The notes below the pieces were generated by a model. The model saw only the letters and a list, made by a program, of their open reading frames with translations, did not search any database and was not told the DNA's origin. Positions 34,931 to 44,309 of a stretch of 64,000 nucleotides of DNA are shown here, in pieces (position 1 is the first letter of the stretch; the number at the start of each line of letters is the position of its first letter). The stretch spans positions 2,593-66,592 of the forward strand of contig JBDRCT010000005.1 in NCBI GenBank assembly GCA_043821445.1. The letters run 5' to 3'. Source of the DNA: Candidatus Omnitrophota bacterium (GTDB lineage: Bacteria > Omnitrophota > Omnitrophia > Omnitrophales > Aquincolibacteriaceae). Position numbers and translations under genes: made by a program.

Positions 34931-36077
34931 TCCTGGGGTCCTTTTCCCGAGAAAGCAGCGGCTTTTCAAGCGCCGGGTTTTCGAGAAGACTGCCATAGTG
35001 GAAAACAGCACAGAGCCCGATCCCCGACTCTGCACAGGACCGGAATTCTTTTTCAAAAACTTCCGGAGCATGCACGAGCTTGTAAACACCGACGCCCATA
35101 TACAATCGTGTGCGGTCCGAAACCTTGTCCTTGGCCACTCCGGTCCACTGTTCATATTCGGCCGGATCCGGTGAATAGTTCATGACCGTCACGAAATCCA
35201 CAAGACCGCTATTGACCCAGGACGGCCAATCCTGGAACGCTTCATGAAGCGCGCGGACGTAGGACATGCACCCTGTCGCGGAGACATGAATGTCGGAACG
35301 GATGGCCCGCGCTTTTTGAACGAGAAGCTTCAAAAGTTCCGTCACTTGAGCGCGTTTCCAGTCATTCCATGCCCGGCTCCCCTCTTTGATCTTCTTGAGG
35401 CCGGTCGAGTTCCTGAAACGCTCCATGTTGACCGGGGTATAGCCATACCGAGGATGGCTGTCCGGATAGCGGATGTAATCAAATTGAACGCCGTCCAAAA
35501 GAGGATAGGTCCGGACGATCTCTTCCACCATGGCGACGAGTTCTTTCCGGACCCGCGTATCTCCCGGCTCAAGAAAATACTGGCTGTCAATTTTGTAGTC
35601 GGCGAGCGTTCTTTTTTCCTCAGGATTTCTCGTCAGGATATCGGAGCCGTACTTTTTGAGGAGTGGAGCATCCTCATTCGCGCTGAGACTCAACATGTTG
35701 AGCCAGGCGTGCACCTCGATCCCCGCGTCATGCGCCTCTTGGATCAGAAACGCGAAGGGGTCCTCCCCAAGCGTTTTCAAAGCGGCTTCATACGGCGCAG
35801 GATCTCCGACCTTGGAAGGGAACCACGCCTGATTTGCGCGATAGATCTGCACAAAAAGGATCTTGATACGGGCTTTTTTCGCGAAATCGACAAGCTTCAT
35901 GATGGCTTCACGGTTTGAGAGCGTCGGCGGGTTCTGGATCAATGAGACAAAGAGACCCCGAGAGGGGCTTGACGCGCGAGGCGTCAAGTTGTCACATCTT
36001 ACGGGGGCCTGCCAAATAAAAAATGAACACAGAACGAAGATCGAGATCCTTTTTCTCATCGGAAGGAGTTCGCTCAT
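34917..36077 (-). CDS. glycoside-hydrolase-like family 10 (GHL10 / DUF4015, YngK-like) secreted protein
   Basis: The protein has a signal peptide and a TIM-barrel-like signature (IEVHAWLNM, VQFDYIRYP). It abuts the HD-GYP gene's stop. Confidence 0.6.
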   Translation of the reverse strand: MSELLPMRKRISIFVLCSFFIWQAPVRCDNLTPRASSPSRGLFVSLIQNPPTLSNREAIMKLVDFAKKARIKILFVQIYRANQAWFPSKVGDPAPYEAALKTLGEDPFAFLIQEAHDAGIEVHAWLNMLSLSANEDAPLLKKYGSDILTRNPEEKRTLADYKIDSQYFLEPGDTRVRKELVAMVEEIVRTYPLLDGVQFDYIRYPDSHPRYGYTPVNMERFRNSTGLKKIKEGSRAWNDWKRAQVTELLKLLVQKARAIRSDIHVSATGCMSYVRALHEAFQDWPSWVNSGLVDFVTVMNYSPDPAEYEQWTGVAKDKVSDRTRLYMGVGVYKLVHAPEVFEKEFRSCAESGIGLCAVFHYGSLLENPALEKPLLSREKDPRNEKV

Positions 36078-37475
36078 CTATCCCGTGCGGTTGATCACTT
36101 TGAAGAACGCTTTGACAACCTCGGGACGGAACTGAACACCATTCGCGCGTTCAATTTCATTGGCCGCTTCGTGGGGCGTCAGGGGTTTGCGGTAGGACCG
36201 GACCGAGGTCATGGCGTCATAGGCGTCAGCAATGGAAACGATCTGGGACGACTGGTCGATCTCTTCGCCCTTGAGGCCATCGGGATAACCCTTCCCATCC
36301 ACACGCTCATGATGCGAACGTATCACACGCAGCAGTTCCTCGTCCAGAACCGACTCAAGGATCTTTTCCCCGGTCACAGGATGCTCCCTAAGGGTCTCCA
36401 ACTCTTCGGGGGTCAGTTTTTCTTTTTTATTCAGAAGGGTCTCCCGGATCACAAGTTTTCCGATGTCATGAAGCTCGGCCACGCACCAGATAAGTTCTGC
36501 TTTTTCGGGACTCACCCCAAGCTCCAAGGCAATGCTACGCGCCAAGTTGGCCACGCGTTCCGAATGTCCCTGGGTATAGGGATCCTTGGCCTCAAGAGCC
36601 CGTACAAGCGCTTGTGTCACTTTGAAAAAATAATTTTGCAGGCGCTTCCTGGAATTAGAAAGGCTTCCGGCCATCTTGTTAAAAGAATCCGCCAATTCCC
36701 CGATCTCATCCCGGGACCGCACTTCAACCCGGTAGTCCAGATGGTCTTCAGCCAGCTGACGCGTCCCCTCCGCAAGTCTTCGCACCGACCTTGAAACGCT
36801 TCCGGCGATCAAAATTCCGAGCGCGCAACAGAACAAAACTCCCGCAAGCAACACCCATGCCGTACGTCGTTTGATCTCTTCCTGCATTTTATTGATATCG
36901 TCCGCCAGAATATCCACGCCAAGGATCGCGACGACCTTTCCGTCTTTTCCGAAGATCGGTGCGTAACCGGAGAGCGTGACACCCCATGGATCGGTCTGAA
37001 GCTGACGGTCGGCGGAGGGAGCGTTGAAACCCTCCAACATTTCCGGAAAACGGCTCGCATCATAAAGATCCCCGGGACGAGCAGCGCTTCTTTCCCTGCG
37101 GCCATTCCGTTCGGGAACTTCAGGATCCACCAAAAATCGCAATATCCCGGGAGTCTTCGTCTTCGCAAGAACATAGGTATATTGAAGCTGCCTGTTCATT
37201 TTCAGAACTTGATTAAGTTTCGCGACCACTTCACGATAGGCGGGACTCCGGACGCCGTCCCATGTTAAAGGGATCTTTTGAAGTGCTTCCGCATCAACGG
37301 CCAAGGAGGCTGTTTGGGCAATGACGATCAGGGAATTCCGGAGTTGTTCAAAATGAGAGGCGAGATTAAAGCGATAGACAAGAAAATTATTCAGCACCGT
37401 CACGGAGACCATCGCGAAGATCAACACCAGGGTCACGCGGGTCCTGAAGCTAAAGAAAAAAGCCCTGCCTTTCAT
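36078..37475 (-). CDS. HD-GYP c-di-GMP phosphodiesterase with a periplasmic sensor and a HAMP domain
   Basis: Two transmembrane helices flank a periplasmic domain, followed by HAMP (SVRRLAEGTRQLAEDHLDYRVEVRSRDEIGELADSFNKM). The HD-GYP motifs are HDIGKLVI ... HHERVDGKGYPDGL. Confidence 0.85.
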   Translation of the reverse strand: MKGRAFFFSFRTRVTLVLIFAMVSVTVLNNFLVYRFNLASHFEQLRNSLIVIAQTASLAVDAEALQKIPLTWDGVRSPAYREVVAKLNQVLKMNRQLQYTYVLAKTKTPGILRFLVDPEVPERNGRRERSAARPGDLYDASRFPEMLEGFNAPSADRQLQTDPWGVTLSGYAPIFGKDGKVVAILGVDILADDINKMQEEIKRRTAWVLLAGVLFCCALGILIAGSVSRSVRRLAEGTRQLAEDHLDYRVEVRSRDEIGELADSFNKMAGSLSNSRKRLQNYFFKVTQALVRALEAKDPYTQGHSERVANLARSIALELGVSPEKAELIWCVAELHDIGKLVIRETLLNKKEKLTPEELETLREHPVTGEKILESVLDEELLRVIRSHHERVDGKGYPDGLKGEEIDQSSQIVSIADAYDAMTSVRSYRKPLTPHEAANEIERANGVQFRPEVVKAFFKVINRTG

Positions 37476-37590
37476 CGAAGCCTCGCTTTTAAAGAACCCG
37501 GCTTTCCCCGAGGATAGTCCCGGGCATTCCGCAGCACTTTTTTATTGATAATCGAACACGCGACCCTTGTTTTGCGATCGGGGAACGGCA

Positions 37591-38286
37591 TCATTCCCTG
37601 TCTTCACCTTTCTTGCCGATCACGTGAGCAATGTGAAGACCCATCAGCCGTGCAATGAACACCGCGAGAAAGACCTGTCCCATCACAGCTTCCATGAAGG
37701 CCAGGGTCTCGGCCACCCGGCTCGTCGGTACGATATCCCCATAACCGACGGTCGTCAGTGTCACGTAGCTGAAATAGAAAAGATTGATCGCCGTGCTATC
37801 CTGAAAAATGAACGCCCCGGGATCGAAAAAGTAAAGAATGCGATACATGACCCCCCACATGATCCCAAGAAGCAGATAAATACAGATCCCTCCTTTGATG
37901 CTGTCGTGTGTCACTTTTTTTTCGTTGAAAAGGGCCCGGAAAAGATGGCTCAGAAAGATCGCAAGAAAAACGATGTAGACGACATCCGCAAAAATGACCG
38001 CTCCGTCTGACCAACCGGGTCCGAGGTTCTTGGCAATGAGATCGAACGCGCACACTGAAAAGAAAAAGACCGATGCTGCCCAGAACCTTGCCGGACGCTC
38101 GATCATGATACGGAGGATAAAGATATTCAAAGCGGCGAAGATCAGCACAAAAAACACGGAAGCAATGCCTCCCCCTTGGTGCAGTCTCAGGAGCGGGGAG
38201 GCAAGCAAAAGCATGATGATTAAAATAAGAAGGTAATTGAACCGGTCGCGGAAGAACTGCTCGAATTTCTTTTCCAAGTTCAGCAT
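37591..38286 (-). CDS. two-pore-helix-type potassium channel (TVGYGD selectivity filter)
   Basis: The sequence contains YVTLTTVGYGDIVP and about four transmembrane helices. Confidence 0.75.
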   Translation of the reverse strand: MLNLEKKFEQFFRDRFNYLLILIIMLLLASPLLRLHQGGGIASVFFVLIFAALNIFILRIMIERPARFWAASVFFFSVCAFDLIAKNLGPGWSDGAVIFADVVYIVFLAIFLSHLFRALFNEKKVTHDSIKGGICIYLLLGIMWGVMYRILYFFDPGAFIFQDSTAINLFYFSYVTLTTVGYGDIVPTSRVAETLAFMEAVMGQVFLAVFIARLMGLHIAHVIGKKGEDRE

Positions 38287-38330
38287 GGCATCCCCGCGTC
38301 ATTCATATAAAAACACATGGTCTCTCCGTT

Positions 38331-41300
38331 TTATTCTTCTTTCCGAGAAGAACCCGCGCGAGTGAGCTCGAATTTATCGAGCACCTTTTCCTGGAAAGCT
38401 TGCATGTAGAGAAAAAGCCCGGGCGTCACAAAGAGCGTTACGACCTGAGAAAAGACCAGCCCGCCGACCACGACCAATCCGAGAGGGACCCTGGAAGAAC
38501 CGTCCGCGCCATATCCGAGCGCGATCGGTAAAGCGCCCATGATTGCCGCAAGTCCCGTCATGAGGATCGGCCGGAAGCGCACAACGCTCGCGTCGTGGAT
38601 CGCGTCAAAGTTATTCTTCCCTTCAGCAAGGCCCTGGTTGGCAAAGTCCACCATCATGATACCGTTCTTGGCCACAATACCGAGCAGCATAAAGATCCCG
38701 ACATAAGCGTAAAGGGACATCTCGGAGTGGAAGATCCAAAGCGTGGCAAGGCCGCCGAGCGTCCCGACCGGGAGTGTCGTCAGGATCGTGACCGGATGCG
38801 CGTAACTTTCATAGAGAATGCCTAAGATCACATATTTGATCAGGATCGCGATAAGGATCAGAAGGCTGAGACTTGCAATGGCGTCCGAAAATTCTTCCGC
38901 TTCACCTTGCAATTTCCCGGTGACTCCGGCCGGGAGGATCTTCTCAGTGGTCTGTTCAATAAATTTTGTCGCGTCTCCGAGAGGGACCCCTTCCTTAAGG
39001 TTGAAGGAGATCGTCCCGGAATTCAATTGCGAGTCGTGCGGCACATTTTGCGGGGTCACCACCTCGGTCCATTCGAGAACAGAACTCATGGGCACCATCT
39101 TTCCCGTGGCGCTTGCCCGGACATAGACCCGGGAAAGGTCTTCCGGAACTTTCTGATACTCCTTTTCGAGTTCCACGATCACCTGGTATTGATCAATCTG
39201 GGTTTTATAAAGCGTCACTTTGCCTTGGGCATAAGCCAGCGACAAGGCGTATTCGATATCCTGCGCCGTGATCCCTAGGGTCGACGCCCGGTCCCGAAGG
39301 ATTGTGGCCTTCAAGGTCGGCAAGGTTAGTTTGACGCTGTTTTGAATGTCCACAAATCCGGGATGTGCCTGGAGCTCTTTTTCAAGTTGCATCGCGCTCC
39401 CATAAACTTGCTCCTGATCCGCGCCGCGGATCGTATAGGAATATTTGCTCCCTGAAGCGGTGCTTTCGCCGCCGGTACTGATCTGAAGAGCGGGCGTGGC
39501 TTTAAGGAACGCGAACCCTCCGGCGATCTTTGACAACTTGCCGCGGATCTCCGCCAAAGCCTTGGCCATTGGAAGGCGCTTCCCAGAAGGCTTGAGCACG
39601 ATATGGATGAACCCGGTGCTCTGGTCGGAGCCGGTCTGAAGTCCGGAAGCGGTCAGCGTCCGTTCAATGTTGGGGTCCGCCTCAAGCACCTGATTCACCT
39701 GGGCTTGATACTCACGGGCCTGCTGGGTCGAAGTCCCGAGAGGCATCAAGGTGCCCCCCATGATCGCGCCGCTATCCCCGTCCGGAAGGAATGTCTGGGG
39801 CAGCACATTGAAAAAGTAAACGGTCCCGCCCAGACAGGCCACCCACAGGATGATCGTAATGAACGGACGCAACAGGATCTTTTTGAGGAGGACGCTGTAT
39901 CCTCCGATCACTTTGTCCATGAACGGATTCATGATCCTCTGGACCCAGTTCTCTTTTTCTTTTCCCTCCACCTTGGCCTTCAACATGCGCGCGCACATCA
40001 TCGGGGTGAGCGTCAGCGACACCACGCCCGAACAAAGGATCGTCACGACCACCGTGATCGCGAATTCTCTGAAGATCCTTCCGACGACACCCCCCATGAA
40101 TACGAGCGGAATAAAAATCACGGCCAGCGAGAGCGTCATGGAAAGGATCGTAAAGCTGATCTCCTGAGCGCTCTTGATCGCGGCCGGGAACGGTTTCATG
40201 CCCTGCTCGATCAGACGCACCGTGTTTTCGAGCACCACGATCCCGTCATCTACGACGAACCCGACCGCAAGAATGATCCCCATGAGCGACAGGTTGTCCA
40301 AACTGAAATGTAGGGCCTTCATGACAAGGAACGAGGCGATGATGGAAACCGGCAACGTCATCGCGGGGATCACCGTGTCCGATAAACGCCCGAGGAAAAG
40401 AAAAATGACAAGGATGACCAGTACGAGCGCGATCAGAATCGTGTTCTTCACATCGTTGATGGATTCGATGATCGATTCGGATTTGTCGTAGTAGACGGAC
40501 AAGTGGACCGAGCCCGGGATCTCGCGCTTCAGTTCTTCGACCGTTTGCTTGATCCGCTCGGCGAGACTCACCGTGTTCGATCCCACTTGACGGAAAACAG
40601 GAAGCACGACCACGCCGGTATGCAGCTTCTCGCCCGGCTGCGTTGTCGCCATCACATTCACGACATCACTTTCGGTGCTGTTCACGCAAGTCGCGATGTC
40701 CCGTAACCGGATGGGAGCGCCGTTCCGGTAGGCCACAATTAGCAGCTCATACTCCTTGGCGTCGATCATCTGCCCCTGAGGCTGGATCGAAAAAGTCCGG
40801 GCATTTCCGTTCAAGCTCCCTCCCGGGATCGTCACGGTCCCTGTTTGAACGGCCTTGGCAATATCATTCAACCCGATCCCATAGGCGGCCAGCTTGGCGG
40901 GATCCACCTGGACGCGGATCGCGGATTGTGATCCGTAGACCTGGACTTGTGAAACCCCTTCGATCATGGAGATCCGCTGGCCGATCGTCCGGTTCGCGTA
41001 ATCATAAAGCTGGCCGGGGGTCAGGCTATCGGAAGTCACCATCAGGTACATGATCGGCGTGTCGGAGGGATTTGTTTTTGTATAAGTGGGCGGCGCCGGA
41101 AGATCCGTCGGCAGATTCGCCTGCGCTCGCGAAATGGCGGCCTGTACGTCCGGCGCCGCGAGGTCAATGCTCCGATCCAGATCGAACGTAAGCATGATCT
41201 GCGTTTGACTGTCCGTATTGGTGGAAATGATCGATTTGAGTCCCGGGATCTGCATAAACTGGCTTTCAAGGGGCGCCGCCACCGTCGAAGCCATGGTGTC

Positions 41301-41468
41301 CGGACTCGCGCCCGGATAACCCACTGTCACCGTGATCACGGGAGAATCCACTACGGGAAGATCGCTGATGGGGAGACTAAAAAATGCGGCAATACCAAAA
41401 AGCAGGACGAGCACCATGAGCAGCGTCGTCATGATCGGTTTTTTTATGAAGCCTTCCGTAAAACTCAT
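38331..41468 (-). CDS. RND efflux transporter permease (AcrB/HAE1-like)
   Basis: The 1045-aa protein has 12 transmembrane helices and two periplasmic loops, with AcrB motifs (GFVVDDGIVVLENTVR). Confidence 0.9.
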   Translation of the reverse strand: MSFTEGFIKKPIMTTLLMVLVLLFGIAAFFSLPISDLPVVDSPVITVTVGYPGASPDTMASTVAAPLESQFMQIPGLKSIISTNTDSQTQIMLTFDLDRSIDLAAPDVQAAISRAQANLPTDLPAPPTYTKTNPSDTPIMYLMVTSDSLTPGQLYDYANRTIGQRISMIEGVSQVQVYGSQSAIRVQVDPAKLAAYGIGLNDIAKAVQTGTVTIPGGSLNGNARTFSIQPQGQMIDAKEYELLIVAYRNGAPIRLRDIATCVNSTESDVVNVMATTQPGEKLHTGVVVLPVFRQVGSNTVSLAERIKQTVEELKREIPGSVHLSVYYDKSESIIESINDVKNTILIALVLVILVIFLFLGRLSDTVIPAMTLPVSIIASFLVMKALHFSLDNLSLMGIILAVGFVVDDGIVVLENTVRLIEQGMKPFPAAIKSAQEISFTILSMTLSLAVIFIPLVFMGGVVGRIFREFAITVVVTILCSGVVSLTLTPMMCARMLKAKVEGKEKENWVQRIMNPFMDKVIGGYSVLLKKILLRPFITIILWVACLGGTVYFFNVLPQTFLPDGDSGAIMGGTLMPLGTSTQQAREYQAQVNQVLEADPNIERTLTASGLQTGSDQSTGFIHIVLKPSGKRLPMAKALAEIRGKLSKIAGGFAFLKATPALQISTGGESTASGSKYSYTIRGADQEQVYGSAMQLEKELQAHPGFVDIQNSVKLTLPTLKATILRDRASTLGITAQDIEYALSLAYAQGKVTLYKTQIDQYQVIVELEKEYQKVPEDLSRVYVRASATGKMVPMSSVLEWTEVVTPQNVPHDSQLNSGTISFNLKEGVPLGDATKFIEQTTEKILPAGVTGKLQGEAEEFSDAIASLSLLILIAILIKYVILGILYESYAHPVTILTTLPVGTLGGLATLWIFHSEMSLYAYVGIFMLLGIVAKNGIMMVDFANQGLAEGKNNFDAIHDASVVRFRPILMTGLAAIMGALPIALGYGADGSSRVPLGLVVVGGLVFSQVVTLFVTPGLFLYMQAFQEKVLDKFELTRAGSSRKEE

Positions 41469-41540
41469 TTTTTACCTCGGTCAACGCGCAACGTGAATGC
41501 TCAAAACGAGTTCGTTGTGCGTTGCGCGTAGTACGTTGCG

Positions 41541-42677
41541 CTAACTTAATTTTCGTTCGGGCGTCGTGTTCGTCATTTCGCGAACTGCCACGCCGGGGCT
41601 CAATCCCATTTGCCCGCTCGTGACTACCTTTTCGCCCGCCTTGACGCCATCCTCGACCACAATGTCATTTCCCTGCCGGCTGCCGGTCTTGAGGATCCTG
41701 AGATCCGCTTTCTCTTCCGGGGTGACGACAAAGGCAAAAGTTCCTTTTTGTCCTAATTGCGCGGCCGCGTACGGGATCAACACGGCATCCTTCTGGATCC
41801 CGAGGATCAGTTTCACGTAAACAAATTGACCCGCCCATAACGCATTTTCTTTGTTGGGAACGATGGCCCTGAGAGAAATGGTCCCCGTCGTGTTGTCGAT
41901 CGCGTTCTCGATCAGTTTCAATTCTCCGACATAGGACTTCCCGTCGTCGGGGACCCGGACCTCCGCTTCCAAAACACCTGAGGCCATCGCACTGCGGATC
42001 TCACTTAACTGGCGGTCGGTCACTGTGAAATCCACGTAGAGCGTATCGATCGCCTTGACATTGGCAAGCGTAGGACCGTTATTGGCCAGCACGATATTCC
42101 CCGGGTCCACAAGCACTTTCCCCGTCACTCCATCGACGGGAGATTTAATGGAACAGTAACCTAAATTGATCTCGGCCAGGGCCATTTCGGCCTTATCGAG
42201 AGTGATCTTGGCCTCCGCCGCTTCCACATCTGTTTCGTACTTTTCAAAATCCTGCTGGGACACGAGTTCTTTACTGGCAAGCCCCCGGTTCCTCTCCAGG
42301 GTATCTTTTTTCATTTTCATATCCACTTCGTCTGCCTGAACGGTCGCCTGGGCTTTATCGAGCGCGGCTTTATATTCTGAGGGATCGATGGTAAAGAGAA
42401 GATCCCCTGCCGCGACCCTCTGTCCCTGTGTGAAATTCGCCTGCAGGATCTTGCCCGTGACTTGGGACTTGATGTCTACGTTGACAAGCGCCGCCAAATT
42501 CCCGAAAGCCTCGATATAGGAAGGGACATCCTTTTGGAAAGCCACGGCAGTTTGGACCGGCCGGGGCGGCATGGGGGGAATTTCTTTTTTCCCTGAGCAT
42601 CCATTCCCAAGGAACAAAAAAAACGCTGCGAAAAACCAACTCGCCGGGACAGGGAACTTGGAAGGAAATAATCGCAT
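41541..42677 (-). CDS. RND periplasmic adaptor (membrane fusion protein)
   Basis: Lipoyl, beta-barrel and alpha-hairpin regions are present. I chose the ATG at 42677 because of the AGGAG Shine-Dalgarno and an N-terminal hydrophobic anchor; the ORF-track start is 42743. Confidence 0.8.
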   Translation of the reverse strand: MRLFPSKFPVPASWFFAAFFLFLGNGCSGKKEIPPMPPRPVQTAVAFQKDVPSYIEAFGNLAALVNVDIKSQVTGKILQANFTQGQRVAAGDLLFTIDPSEYKAALDKAQATVQADEVDMKMKKDTLERNRGLASKELVSQQDFEKYETDVEAAEAKITLDKAEMALAEINLGYCSIKSPVDGVTGKVLVDPGNIVLANNGPTLANVKAIDTLYVDFTVTDRQLSEIRSAMASGVLEAEVRVPDDGKSYVGELKLIENAIDNTTGTISLRAIVPNKENALWAGQFVYVKLILGIQKDAVLIPYAAAQLGQKGTFAFVVTPEEKADLRILKTGSRQGNDIVVEDGVKAGEKVVTSGQMGLSPGVAVREMTNTTPERKLS

Positions 42678-42705
42678 TTTTTTAATTCTCCTATCTTCTA
42701 GTAAT

Positions 42706-44193
42706 TTAGAGCTCGACCGTACCCCTCTCGGCCCGGGCGGCATCCGTTCTCTCGTTGATCGTGCCAGTCGCGTAGGCTACCTGGGCAAAGCTGGTATAAA
42801 GTTCCTTCCGTGAATTGATCACCTGGCTCCGGGCGTCCGAAAGGTCCGACTCGGCGTTTAAAACATCCAGGATGCTTTTCAGGCCCGATTTATAACCGTC
42901 CATGGAAAGATCATACGACCCCTGCGAGGCATCTAGATAAGCCTTGCTGGCCTCGAGTTTCTGGGTGGCCGTAACGAAGTTGTAATAGGCGTCCCAAACG
43001 TCCGCCGTGACGCTCAACTCCTTCTGCCGCAAATTTTCGAATTCGGCGTCCGCATCGGCTTTGGCGGCTTTGATCTTGGAAACCGTGTCAAATCCTTCAA
43101 AAAGAGGCCAATTGACGCTCACCCCGGCCGCATAGCCGTAATTGTGCTGAGTGTCATAATTCAGACCATGCCGGCCAAAATATTTGTACCAATCGTTCGA
43201 TCCCGATCCTTGAGCGTTCAAGGTCGGCCACAGATCCGACCGGGCGGCTTGGATCGCGGCGATCTTCGCTGCAAGGCTGGCGCGTTCCGCGGCAAGATCG
43301 GGACGTTTCGCCAGACCTTCTTCAATCAATTGGCCCACTTCCCGTGTCCCCACCTTGAATTCCACGTCTTTTTGCGGAAGCATGATATTGAGCGGCGTCC
43401 CTGCGGGAAAACCAAGGACCTTCGCAAGATCTCCTTCGGCCGTCTTGAGGTTCCCTTTGGCGGATTCTAATCCATATAAAGTCTTCTGATAACTCGCGGT
43501 AGCCTGAAGCACATCCACCTTTGCCTGGATCCCGGCCGAAAATCTCTCATTGGTCGCATCAAGCGCCGCCTTGGCGTCCTTGACATCCATATGGGCGGCT
43601 TCAAGCAACGCAGTCGTGCTGAAAAAATTAAAGTAAGCGGATGCCACATCGAGCAGAAGGTTCTGGAAAGTCTGATTGAATTGGAAGTTGGTCGCGAGCA
43701 ATGTCTGAAAGGCCTGTTCCACTTTAGCGCTCCGGCCTCCAAAATCAACCAGCAGGTAGGTCAATTTCATATTAGCGCCGATATCGCCTTGATTCAGACT
43801 TTGAAGGGGACGGTTGGAAACGGTATGCTGGGTATCAAAATCCTGCTCCATGTTCACCGTCGGGTACCAGGCGCTCTGTGCTTGCCCGACCCGGGCTTTG
43901 GCCGAAAGGGCTTGGTGCCATGCCTGCTTGGTCGAGGGATTGTTCTGCAAGGCGAGACTGACCAGTTCGATAAGCTTCATGGGTTTTTCGGCGCTTGGCA
44001 TTCTTCCCTCCACGGCCACGAGAACCGTTTCCGGCTTCTTGGACTGGGCATACCACTGAGGAGGCGTCCACATGGCCGAAGATTTTGCGGGAACTTCCAG
44101 GGTCCGGCAACCTGCAAAAAAAATCAGAAGCGAAGGGAGGAGCGTAAAGAGCAGAAAAGAAGCGTAGGGTCTGTTCGTTTTAAGCATCGACAA
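42706..44193 (-). CDS. TolC-like outer-membrane efflux lipoprotein
   Basis: The 495-aa protein has an FFAGC lipobox and the two-repeat OEP architecture. Confidence 0.8.
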   Translation of the reverse strand: MSMLKTNRPYASFLLFTLLPSLLIFFAGCRTLEVPAKSSAMWTPPQWYAQSKKPETVLVAVEGRMPSAEKPMKLIELVSLALQNNPSTKQAWHQALSAKARVGQAQSAWYPTVNMEQDFDTQHTVSNRPLQSLNQGDIGANMKLTYLLVDFGGRSAKVEQAFQTLLATNFQFNQTFQNLLLDVASAYFNFFSTTALLEAAHMDVKDAKAALDATNERFSAGIQAKVDVLQATASYQKTLYGLESAKGNLKTAEGDLAKVLGFPAGTPLNIMLPQKDVEFKVGTREVGQLIEEGLAKRPDLAAERASLAAKIAAIQAARSDLWPTLNAQGSGSNDWYKYFGRHGLNYDTQHNYGYAAGVSVNWPLFEGFDTVSKIKAAKADADAEFENLRQKELSVTADVWDAYYNFVTATQKLEASKAYLDASQGSYDLSMDGYKSGLKSILDVLNAESDLSDARSQVINSRKELYTSFAQVAYATGTINERTDAARAERGTVEL

Positions 44194-44309
44194 TTTAAAA
44201 ATCCCAGCCTCAGGTTACCAAATAGAAAATATCTTATGAACATACTATTCATAAGCCTTTTAATTACAAGGGGAAAAGCACGTATTTCCCATGATGGACC
44301 CTTGGAGGC

